From: Entomortierella parvispora E1425
Taxonomy: Eukaryota > Fungi > Mortierellomycota
NCBI GenBank assembly: GCA_020891255.1
Contig: BQFW01000014.1
Location: 620,001-684,000 of the forward strand
DNA: 64,000 bases
Direction: 5' to 3'
Below are positions 37,882 to 49,911 of this stretch, one piece after another (within the stretch, counting starts at the first letter, position 1; each line of letters starts with the position of its first letter). The position numbers were made by a program, and so were the translations under genes. The notes under the pieces are model-generated. The model was not told where the DNA came from and did no database searches. It saw only the letters and a list, made by a program, of their open reading frames with translations.

Positions 37882-40800
37882 GGAGGACCCCATCTCCTTC
37901 TCTCATCTTCGCTCGATTTCTCCCATCCCCCACTCGACACCATTTTGGCCACAGCACCAGAAGCACTCTCCCATTTGTCCCCATTGCTTCATTCCAACGA
38001 CCGCCCCTCGCTATCGTCCCAAGAACGCCTCACTGACTTCGCAAAGACAGTACAGCACAGGTATGACGCCTTCATTTCTCCTTTTCTCCTTTTCACTCCT
38101 TCATCGATGACATCTGCACATGTGCAACTGTGAAGGCGTGGGCGCATGCAGTGCTTACAGATACAGTAGGATGCATAAAGTTAAAGATGCACCCCTTGTG
38201 CGGAAAAATCACCTAAGAAAGCAGGCGAGATCTTGCGCCGATGAGCTTGAAACCAACTCAAACAACACAAACCTCCTTTAAAATTTCATCTGAGTACTTT
38301 TATTTTTTATTCAAGGTTTCCTTTTCTAACAAAAACACCCACTCCACACCATCATCCGCCTTTGCCCCTATCTTTTTTTTTTGCCTCTATGACTTTCTAT
38401 TCCAATGGTATACTTGGTGTACTTCTCCATCTTCCACATCTATCTTTTCTATGCTACACATGGTCTACGCCTGGTGGTCAACGTGCTGTGGAAATGGCAA
38501 AATGTTTTTGCACGGAGCCACCGTTGACCCTCTCTCTCTTACTGAACATCCATCACCTGTCTTTCCTTCTCGCCTTTCCTTCCTTTCTCTTTTTACGCTC
38601 CTCTCTTACTGAACATCCATCACTTTTCTTTCTTTCCCGCCTTTCCTTCAGAAGGCACTTTGTTCAATTGATCACCTGATCCCGCAACTCTTCCCAAACC
38701 ACTCAAAGGTAAAGGAAACGTCCGTCTTTTGTTTTGCCTATGGGACGCGTTTCAAGAACCAGGGACGGATGGGAAAGAGAAGTATCGGAAGGCCTGGCAG
38801 TGCGGGAGGATCTATCCCTAGCTTCCCATACACACGGACAAACACATACACACACGCAGCAATGGCCATTTATACATTTGGCCCTTTTTCTTTCGGCACA
38901 TCTAAGCCAATTTTAGTGGGAGATGTTCGAGCTCAAACTCCTCTCTCTCCCCCGCTCTGTGCATCTGTTTGCTTCTCTTTATGAGAGCCTCATCGTACCC
39001 TGTTTCGAGAATTGCCTGTGTCCGTGCCACATATCTCATTTTTTCCTTCCAGCTGTTGGAAACCAACGAGCAGGACAGGCACGCGTTGGATCAGCAAATA
39101 ATACCCAGAAAAATGATGGACCCACTTTTCCCTGCCCATCAATTGCTCACGTTTTGCCCTGGGCAGGCTAGCTCGAAACTTGATGAACCTTACCTTTTTG
39201 TTCTGCCTCTGCTGAGATAATACTTCCCTTCCCACTTCTCCTGTTCATGCGCATGGCATGGAAATGAAGGAAGAGAAAAAAGAGTGTACGTACTGTACTG
39301 TATGGGAGAAAGCTCCTCGGGGAAATATCTTGGGCGTCTTTTTTCTTTTTTTCCTGCAGTTGTGTCAGGGGTCAAGTGTGGTGATCTTCATCTGTTTCCA
39401 CCTCACAGCAGAAAAAAAAAAAAAAAAATTGGACGTTGTTTGAGGAAGTCCAGGAACACAAGATATGAAAGATGAACGAGATTGTTCCTGTTTGTGGGTT
39501 CTGTTGCATTATTTGCTGCATCAATTGCATTTCGAGAGTGCATTGCATGGGTTACATGGGTCGCATGGCTTTCGTGGGTTTCGTGAGTTTGCGCGGGTCC
39601 TATCGCTTTCTTCCTGGTTGTTCTGTCCAATACTTATACCCCCTCGTTTGTCGCAGACTCGAGAACCACTGTATTCTCCATCTTGACCGTCTTTGCCAAT
39701 CAAAAATCAATTCAATCCTTCACCATCTCTCTCTCCTGTCCTCCCCTGCCCACTGTGCACAATCCCTTTTTTTTCTTTTCTTTTTTTTTCTTCCAAAAAA
39801 AACTGAGCACCACACACGGTAAGATCCATGGTCCCAAGAATTGGGTCACAATGACGGTCAATGGACCCAATTGTGGCGTGCGGGTCTTTGTTCAGCAACG
39901 AGCTGACGGGTGTGTCCCTTTTTTTTTATTTATATCCTTTTGATTCAGTCCATCATGATCTATTCTGACCATTGGGCATGGGGTAATACTCGAGTCAAGA
40001 AAGAACCATACTTGTGCTTTCTCCGTCGTTCCTCCCCTCCCCTTTGATTTCTGTGTGCGTTTTTTTTTTTTTTTTTTTTTTTTGGCGGTTGCTTTAATAA
40101 GGCGAGGACAAAAAATGAACTGCGACAGGATGATGAGGATGATGGCGATGATGAGCGTTGCACCATGAGACTTTTTTTTTCTATGGGATCCTCTTCCATG
40201 CTCCAAACTGACCATCTCCCTTGCTCCCCTCTACCTCCTCTTTTTCTCATCTTTCACGCGCCTCTTCTTTTTGCACAACCATCAACTGTCTCAAACGCTC
40301 GAACGCCCACGCAATCGAAACAACAACAAAGACGCGACCTACAGGCGGCATCTCACAAAGTCCCAAACATCCAGGACATCGATTCAACACCGCGGGAAGG
40401 CTGCTCATCACATCTTCCCAAACAACTGGCTCTACGCTCTTTATTTCTTCCTTGTGTCCCAGCCATTGGCAATCCTTGCACCCGGCCAACAGACAACAAA
40501 CGCATTCTACCCTTCCCCCCCCCCCCCTTTCCCTCCATTTGTGCGTACCAGAAGTGATCTGCGTCAGCAACCTCAACGCAAAAGTAGTAATCTGCTTTTT
40601 TCCCCTTCTGGATCTCTCGTCCACAACAATCCTAGTCACTCAGTCCGCAAGCACACAGAGACACACAAAACACACAAGTGTCAGCATCAACCCACACAGC
40701 TCCGACCCTAGCGCCTTTTTTTCCTTCTCTCTCCTCCTTCCCCTTTTGCCTCCTCGAGCTCGACCTCGACCTGTCTGTGGTCGATCGGCTGTCTTCCAGC

Positions 40801-41448
40801 AAAACCGTTTTCTTTTTTCTCTTTTTTCGTAATCATAGCAAGAAACCAAAAGCGAAAGAAAGGGAAAAGCATTCAATCCCTCGATCCCGCTCGAGACGCT
40901 TCTGGCGGCAGAACATTACAGGCACCAACTGCAACTCAACTCAACGTAACGGTTCATTTTATTTTACCTTCCCTTCCCTTCCCTCTCCTCCCGCATATAT
41001 ATAACCTGAACGTTGATCACCCTCCCCCCACTTCTTGCTTTCTTGCCTTTACTTCTGCACAACAACGCAAACATCACAACGCAAACACCAACATTGACAG
41101 CAACACAAACCGCTCAATTGCTCCACACTTGCACCTTTGATCCTCTTCCCCTCTCTTTCAACCGACAAAGCTACCACCACACCATCATCTTTCCCTACAT
41201 TGACTTCGACTCCTCGATCACTTTTCTCTCCTTGCTCCCTGACTCTATCTCGAGCTTTACCCTTTCTTCTCTCTCTTTTTTTTTTTTTTTTTTTTTTTTT
41301 TTGGTCCCTGTTGCTGCTGTGGTACCTTCCCTTCGTTTTCCCTCCCGAGAAACCTTTGACCCTTGAGCATCTCATTCTCCATTGCCACCCTTTCTCCCAT
41401 TTCGCATTCCATCTCTCCTCATTCAGTTTCATCACCCAAAGCAGCTCC

Positions 41449-42464
41449 ATGCTCGACAAAACTGACGGTGTTTCTCATTCCCTTCCTCTCTCTTCCACTC
41501 AGTTTCCTCCCGACCAACCACCCTTCCACAACACCGACACCACCACCACCAACATCATCACACACAGCAACTACTGCAAAATGACACCCTCAGTCCACAC
41601 CAATACCCAAGTCACACAACTGCCACACCTCGTCGACGGTGGCGCGTTGGTCCTAAAAGATATGTTGGGCGTCGGAGCCTATGGATCGGTCTATAGAGCC
41701 ATTGACACGCGTACGAGTCAAGTCTATGCCGTCAAGAGCCTGAACAACTCCGGTCTGAACTCTCGCCAGCGTGCCTTCCAGACCCATGAGGCCAAGCTTC
41801 ATGCCATGGTGTCGGGTCACCCCAATATTGCGACGTTACACAGGGTAGTGGAAGAAGACGATTGCCTGCACATGGTCCTCGACTGTGGGATGGAAGGCGA
41901 CCTTTTCTACACGATCACGGAGCGCGGAGGCTTCGTTGGAAACGACCAGGCCATCAAGTCGATCTTTGGCCAGATCACAAGCGCGGTCCTGCATTGCCAC
42001 TCCCGGGGGGTCTATCATCGAGATCTAAAGGTACGCAAGAGTCTTTCCTCCATCATGTCCAAGTCCTCCTTGCTTTTTCAACCCCCCAATCCGCATTCTC
42101 ATTCATGCTGGCTTGGCTCCGAGAAACGAAAGAGAAGGGAATGGAGGGACAAAGAAGAAGAGGGGAACGAACGGCAGAGATGCATCAGCCTCCTTTCCCT
42201 TGTCTCTGTGAAGTCCCTCTCCTGTGCCTTTGCCCCAACTTCACCCCTTGTTCCAAAAGGGTCGAGAGTTTTCACTCCAGAAGGATCTCTCGATTGACCT
42301 CTGCGCCACCCTTGGGATTGCACAACAGAATCGCGAATGAACGCGTGCAACATGAGGTTTTCTGACTCCGCTTTTCGTTCTCCATGGGTTTGGGGGGCTG
42401 GGCTCGGTGCATTTTACTATCTGTCCAACAGGGGGGAAAGAAAGAGAACTCCAGGCAGCTGACA

Positions 42465-42503
<39 letters not shown>

Positions 42504-43602
42504 ATTTTTTCTCTATCTCTCGACGTTTCTTGTCTTATTTTAGCCAGAAAACATCATAATGTTCGGTCAAACAGTCAAGCTGGTCGACTTTGGGTTGGCC
42601 ACGACAGAAGCCGAGTCGAGTGATTTCGGATGTGGGTCGACGTTTTATCTCTCACCGGGTATGTTTCCCCCTTCCCTCCCCTTCCTGCGTTGTTAATTGA
42701 TTTCATTTTACACATTCAGGACAAACAACATCCAGGGCAGGCATTGCAATATAAAAAAAAAACGGACGCAGGAACACAAAAACAACATGCGAGAAACAAT
42801 GTCTGTGTGAAAAAGAGAGGCACGCGGGCTTTCTTGTGGGCAGGGATACATTGAACAGGGGGGGAAGAGGAGATTTTTGTCGAGGGAATGGGCGCACACG
42901 GACACACGGATGCACAACACAAACAAACACATAATAACAACACCCTTGGCTCTTTTTTGCATTGAAACACATTAACTCACTAAGATCACAATACTGACCC
43001 ATCCTATTTCCTATTCTCGATCTCTTGATCCACCGTTTTTTTTGGGGGGGTTTTTTTTGGTCAATATAGAATGCCAAGGTGGATATGTCGAGATGGTCAA
43101 ATCATATAACAGTGCCGCGAACGACGTCTGGTCCCTAGGCGTGATTCTCATCAACCTAGTGTTTGGTCGGAATCCATGGAAGCAGGCATACCCAAGGGAC
43201 GAGACCTTTTCGGCTTATATCCTCAACAATGATTTCCTGCAGACTATCCTGCCCATGTCCAGTGAATTGAATGAGATTATCAAGTCTGTATTTTGCCTGA
43301 ACCCAAGGAAACGCATCGGCCTCGCAGAGCTCGAGCAGCGCGTGCTCGCATGCGGATCCTTTACCTCCCCCGATTTCTTGCCTCCCTCCGCAGGCTCTTC
43401 GAACCCGCCTGCTTCAGGAGCAGCAACAGCCGCCATGGCAGCGGGTCCCGGTGGTGCAATGGTCTCGGCCTCTGTGGTTGCTCAGGCGGTCACAGCTGCA
43501 CAGATTGCGAGGGCAGCCCAGCCATCCCCGCACCCAGACGATAAGCTCTACAACAATGGAGACAAGGAAGATTCGGGCGTTGACCTCCGGTCTATGGCTT
43601 AA
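41449..43602 (+). CDS. RAN1/Pat1/Sks1-Vhs1-family Ser/Thr kinase
   Basis: GVGAYGSVY, HRDLK|PEN, DFG, GCGSTFYLSPE, DVWSLGVILINLVFGRNPW. Exons 41449-42030, 42544-42658, 43070-43602; alternative start ATG at 41581. Confidence 0.92.
42468..42500. repeat. (CT)n microsatellite in kinase intron 1
   Basis: Direct reading. Confidence 0.9.
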
Positions 43603-44396
43603 ACTGCCTGAACAAGAAACAACAACAAAGGATTAGTCCCTTTATTCGCCAGCGAACCTGCCAACCAACCAACCAACCAACCAACGAACAACAACACCGC
43701 CCTCAAACGCCTTCTCCTCCTCTTCCCAAACAAGAATGAGGATTTTTTGTTTCCTCGCTGTCCTGTCGATTCTCTTTCTCCTCTGAGTACCTCATTTTTC
43801 GTAATCGCCCATCTGATATCTCGCGTCTCTCCGGGGTCCAAGCGGGAGGAGGAGTCTCTTTTTTTTTTTTTGGTCAATTGAGCCAAAGAAAACGAGCTGT
43901 CATTTTTTTCCGCGCCAGCCCAAAGAAGCACAAAGAAAATTTTGGAAACCCAAGAAAAGAAAAGTCTTGCCAGTCTTTGGACTGGAAGAGACAACCTCCC
44001 TCCCCTGGTTCTTGCCGCTACCCTGTCGATAGGTCGGGAGCAATCTTCTCTGGCTTGACTTGTGGTCTTTCCTCGTATTCTCCCACCCTCTCGAGGGCTC
44101 GAAGCAAAAGGGACCCGGGCCATCAGATGTTGGCCAGGGATGTTTTCTCTTTCTTTTTGGTCGGTCGGCTACTTTGTGTTACCCACTCGCATCTAGTCCC
44201 GACTCTCTCCCTCAAGCACTTGCCAACTGATCGATCTGCTTCTTCCTACCTCCCCTCCTCCCAACCCAAGTGCGCCCAAGCGCTTGTTAATGAGAAATGC
44301 GCCCACGAGAAGGTTGCAAGGAACAACGAAACACAAGGAACACAACGCGGAAACACAAACTCTCATCCCTCTCCCTTCTCCATCCGACACCAACCA

Positions 44397-44400
<4 letters not shown>

Positions 44401-44430
<30 letters not shown>
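44401..44430. repeat. (CT)15 microsatellite
   Basis: Direct reading. Confidence 0.9.
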
Positions 44431-44431
<1 letters not shown>

Positions 44432-46246
44432 ACCCCCACATTTGACTATACACCCATTGTATCGATACCCTACTCAGAAAAAACTTACCTTGAAGATTCC
44501 TTTCTATCCCTTTCTTTTCTTTCTTCTCTTTCTCTGCTTTTTTTTTTTTTTTTTGTGCCTTGTACTTTGAAGTTCACTTTTTTCATTGCCCGTTTTCGTT
44601 TGTCCTATGTCAGTTCTCTCGTTCGTTCCTTTCGTTTTGAAATTTGACCTCGTTTCCTTTCCTCCTTTACTTCCTTCTGTTGATAATAAAAATAAAAAAT
44701 ATTTTGAAGTCGATTTAAAAAAAACAGGCCCAGTGCGCTTTCCCTCCAAATTACCTTCCAGGGTTTTTTCGGTCAGCCCGTGTCTGTAGAGCAAACACGA
44801 GGCAATTGAATCGCCATTTTAGACTGAGAAGAGCCCTCCTTTTCGTCAATAATACTCCTTGGGCTATTGTAACCTCTCCCCAGTCCCACCCCTTGTACCC
44901 GTAACGCTGTTCCCGCGCCATTTTCCTTTTTTTCTCGTTCATGCATGGCTCTACAAGCTCATACTTTATTTATTTTACTGGCTTCCCGCTAAAAAAATAA
45001 AATAAAAGCCTCCAGAATGAGGGGATGATCAAAGGAACAGTCTTTCGGCGAAGTTCATTTTTGAAACTAAAATGAACAGAAAAACGAACAAGAATTGAGG
45101 CAACCCACAGGAGTAAAGAAAAAAAAAAAAGGTCGTTCGATAGAACAATCTTTCTTCATTGGGTGAGAACGAAGACGATGACGATGATCCTCAAACTGAT
45201 TGAATATAGGGTGATCAGACGGTTGGGGACGTTGCACCGCAGTTTTTTCTTTTAGGAAGGAGAGGATGATTTGCAAGGGACACGGGAGAACAGGTCCGAG
45301 CGTTTGGCATTCAGTTAGAGTCCTCCCCGCTTGCCGACCGAACTCTTGCCTCCCTCGGCCGTTCTTGACTAAGGTGCGAGGTGTGTGAGTTGCTGGCGCA
45401 GTATGGAGGAGCCTCGATTGGGCGGATTGATTCTCTCTGTTCAGTCCACTCAGTCCGACTCTGTCCACTTCATCCCGGCTCATTCAGTTCACTCAGTCCC
45501 ACAAGATGACTTTCTCAGTAAATGCAAGTCCTTTTCCAGCATCTCCTTGACGGGACAAGAGCCCTCCTTTCTTCCCCGACTGCACAAAGAAAAGTGATAA
45601 GGGATCAGAGGTTCAACACTCCGTGACTCCATTGCTTTTTGCACGAGGTTACTCAGTCTCTTCCTAGTTTGAATCATATCTCGTGTCATTTTCGCCTTTT
45701 TTTTAGATCTCTTCCCACAACCGGCAGCAGAAAAGAAGAACGCAGAGCAAGATGGGGCGATCGAAGTTGTCATGGCATGGCCAACAAGTGCGTGATTAGA
45801 TAGCGTCATAACAGAAGAATAGCGCACAAATAGGGCCACCTTTTTCCTTTTTCCTACGCACTTTCCTTCAGATCGGCGCTTTTTGTGGCTCTGACCCTCT
45901 TTCTCGACTTTCCTGGCCCATCCTCCATCCCCCTCGCTCGTCCCACAGAGACGCACATGCCATTTTCCCCCAAACAAAGGATGGAAAAGGGACAAGACAG
46001 ACCCTGGATAATCTTGCATCTTTTGCATGGCGGTGCTGAATCCAAACATGTTTGTTGTTCAGAGGGTGCATTGAGGAAAAATATTAATGAACCCGTCCTT
46101 TGTTCTTTTTTTTGTCTGTGTTGTTTGTGTTTGTCACAGATCGGTCATTTCTATTGCGATTAAGTACTAAAGGGATCGAAGGATAAGGTGAAGGGGAGTG
46201 GGGATGGGGATGGGGCATGATAGAAGAAAATACGGCTTTGTCTGTT

Positions 46247-49200
46247 CTAGATTTCCTTTCCTAATCCTTCAGGACCCTCCTTCTCAAGCTCTTTGATCTT
46301 GGATTCGACCTCTACTGGAGTTGATGTGACATCTTCATCCATCGCCTGGTCGTCCGGGTTCTGCTTCTCGCCTTGCGCCTGCTGTTGCGCAGGAGAATGA
46401 CTGTGTTCGTAATCATGGTCGTAATCGTGCTGGTGTCTATCGTCGTGGCGACTTGTGTTCTGAGAGAGATCGTCAAGTCCCTGCCCTTGGCCTTCGCGTC
46501 CGTCTTTAAAGTCTCCAAGGTCTTCATCCATGTCCATGTCTGTTGTTGCTGCTCCTGCATCCGCTGAAGCTGACGTTATCATGAGGGGTAGAGCGACCTC
46601 CATCTCTTCCTCTCCTTCCTTCTCGAGTTCCGGAGACAGCTGCTCGGTTTTGAGCCCCACTCCTTCTCCTCCACTTCTTAAGCCTTCGTCATCGCGATTG
46701 CTATCGTCCACCTCGACGTCGTCTACACTTTCGTGATGCGATGCAGACAAAGAAAAGGAGCGAAAAGATGTCGTCAAGGGAGACGACATCATTTTTCGCA
46801 AGGCACCACTGCTACTGTTGTTCCCTGCATGGCTGAGGTGGCTGGTGTGGTTGCTGTTGTTATTTGACCCAGAGCGTGCTCGAAAGTGTCGTTGCTGCTG
46901 CTGTTGTTGTTGTTCTTGTTGTTGTTGAATTGACGCCGGCAGAAAAGCCATAGGGGGATGGGGGAGTCGTGGGAGAGGAGGAGGCGTGATCGAAAACGTG
47001 CCTTCGCTCCTCTTAAACTCCGGGAGATCTGGCAACTCGTCCATAGTCAATCTTCCACTCGCCTAGAATTCAATTAATAGTAGTTAGTATCTGTTGATAG
47101 ATAGAGACAGGCGAAACTTTTCGGCGTCGGAGAGGAGAGAGAGAAACGTACCACAAGTCCAGCCCAATCCATGTACATCTTGATGGTCAATTCTAAATGA
47201 GGCTCTTCAGGTGATAGCTCAACACATCCCCAAGGATGATCTCGACAGCGTTTTCCATACTGAGTCTGAAGCCGCTGTGCGTACTCGACTACTTCTGAAA
47301 ATTGTACCGTGTTCTTCCCTGCTCCACCTGACAGTGAACTCGTAGTAGAGGATATCGAGGGTGGCTGCGTGGGGACTGGAGGAATTGAGTCTGAGGCTGA
47401 GGTGCCTCCCATAAAGGAGGGACCAGCTGGTAGTGTGATGGGTGAAGAAACTACCCCATTTGCTCTTCGATGTCGAGAGGTAGACGGACTGCCCGAATTG
47501 CGAGAAGAGCTTGGTCCAAAGAACGGAGAGGCTGATCCCAATGGCGGGGAAGCTGCGTTCTTTTGAACAAGAGCCACGTCTGAACTTCCCCAGCGGAAAT
47601 GTGCACCTTCATGATCTCCCTTGGCTCCAGGCGAAGGTGTCATCGGATTAAAATCTCTGCTGTTTGAGTGAGAATGCTCGGCCTAAAGCGATTCAAAATA
47701 TCAGTTATTCGATTAGGAACTTGCTAAAACCTACGGGCGCGCTCACGAGCTCTGTTTTCTTTTCTTGATTACCATTCCAGACGCTTTGGACTGCACTCGT
47801 AAGGTTCCCGCGGAGGCATGGCGTTTCAAATTCATGTGGGGTCGCATGTCGTCATCTTCGTCCATACGATGATCCCCGTCAAAGTCTTCGATCATTCCTG
47901 CTTGCAAGCCTCCTTCGGCTCCCTCATTAGGCAGGCCGTCTGACCCTCGTTCGGGACTTCTTGGAGATGCCATATTGCCTGCTATAGACAAGTTCGGATG
48001 GATAAGTTGGTTTAGTTTGTCAACGTCGTCAAAAAAAAAAAAAAAAAAAAAAAGACCGAAAATATACTCAAAATAAATCATCAAAGTTGACATACAAAGA
48101 TCCTGCCGTTTTCGCTTCACATTTGAGCCTTGATACTGAGGATACACGCTGATCTCTCCACTCGAGTACGGAGAGCGTGCAGCAGCAGGTCCTCCTGAAT
48201 AAACGGTTGTTGGAGGTGAGGAGGGCGAGGATTCATCTTGCTGAGTTGATGGTCCAGCAACACCCATAGACTGCGAGTGATAGGCGCTGTCGGTCCAGGT
48301 CGAGCTCCTTGTTTCTTGTGACCGAGACGAAGATGATGATGAGGGTAACTGAACTGGTGCAGAGTGATATGTGTTCCTGTGTCCATTAGAAGATGACGCT
48401 CTTTGACTCTGCGGGTATTGGTTTTGGCGATTATTATTGCTCATAGAAGGCGCTTGCTCCAGGAACGGGTACGCGTACGAGGAAGACGGTTGTTGCTGTT
48501 GCTGCTGAGAGGGTTCCAGTGATGATTGAGGTGAGCCGCCACCTGCTGTTGTGCCAGTTTCGCGACTTGATATAGACAAACTCGCAATCTTGGTGGTATC
48601 AATTGGCCCACTGCTGGTATAGTGACGCTGACGACCTCCGTTCTGGGATTGAAGTTGCTGTTGCTGTTGCTGTTGTTGCTGTTGTTGCTGCTGCTGCTGT
48701 TTTAATAGCTGTTGCTGTTGTTGTTGATGATGTAACGAAGGAAACTCGATCGTGACTGGATGAAGAGTCAACTCCTTCAACAACGCCACCACCTGGTCGT
48801 CATAGCGGATCGAATCCCAAGGGAATCCCAGGTTTTCCTGGTGCTTCTTCAGTCCATTGACATACCAATGCAGGTTGCTTGACTTGATCCGTTTTGCCTG
48901 ATGTCTCAAATATTTCAATATGGCATCTCGCGAGATCGGGTATAAACTTCCATCTGGGTTCAACAAGTTTAGCTCCTCGGCAATTTTGGAATACGTTCGC
49001 CACGCGGTAGCGTAAGGATCCTTCTTCTTCGGTCCAGTGGTTGCCGTCGTTGCTAATGGATCTGCAGCAGAGGCGACTGTATTGCTAACATTTGGACCAC
49101 TCGAAGGAATCGCTGCGGCCAATGAGGAGGAGGACATGAGACTTGATCGCTGTCCAGCAGCGGTCAAATGGCCTGCAGAGGTACTGTGATGTAGCCGGGG

Positions 49201-49911
49201 TTGATTGTAAGGGGGAGACGGCGCGTTGGAGGGAGAAGACGTAGATGAAGCAGACGAGGAAGGCGGTTTTGGGGGTGGGTATTGAGGTTGAGGATGGGTC
49301 AGGCTCGAAAACGAACGTGAGTGTGGCCTTGATGTAAATGACGGATCTGAAGTCCTCCCGGTGACTGCTAGATTGCGATAGTGGGATGGCTCTTGGATGG
49401 CGTAGCTCGAGGAGGAGGAGCGGTCGCGGTGATGGTGCGGATGGTGATGCTTCGAAGATGGGATCGCGTGAGCGGGTGGCGGTGGGGAGTCATACGCACT
49501 ACGGTTGTGGCCATTACTGCCATAGCCGTGATGCTGTGGATACTGGGGTGCCATCTGTGGAGGGGACGATATAGAGGGGGAAGAAGGCTCTGGCGGCGTT
49601 TGATAGTGATCATGGTAACGTGGATTGGTCGCCAGGGAGGACGATGACGAGGATCGAAGGGAAGAGCGGGGAGGGGGGCCAGGTGGGGCAGCCATTGACT
49701 GATCGGGTTCGGACCATTGTCCGTACGAGTCCCGAGGATCGGCAGAGGGACGGCGGTAGTCGTGCGACTGTCGATGTGGAGAGTGAGGTTGGTGCCGATG
49801 CTGGTGCTGGTGATGATCCTGGTACTGGTGATGATGTTGCTCCGGGGAGTAGGGAGGGTGGGCAAAGGACTGGTACGCCTCGGACGTGGACGCGTGGCTG
49901 GAGCGACTCAT
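46247..49911 (-). CDS. 1124-aa low-complexity protein with tyrosine-recombinase core-binding (SAM-like) domain, polyQ and C-terminal C/H-motif domain; putative DNA-binding regulator
   Basis: Exons 49911-48096, 47981-47747, 47659-47152, 47062-46247 sum to 3375 nt (in frame) with gtatgt/gtgagc/gtacgt donors. Folded islands at 48754-49020 and 47020-47316. Confidence 0.8.

Noticed and set aside
34100-41400. Numerous 60-220 aa ORFs in the gene desert (also 50-54.9 kb and 62-64 kb)
   Set aside because: Mostly non-ATG starts and translations of homopolymer/microsatellite DNA (poly-F/K/L) with no domains or splice-consistent models.
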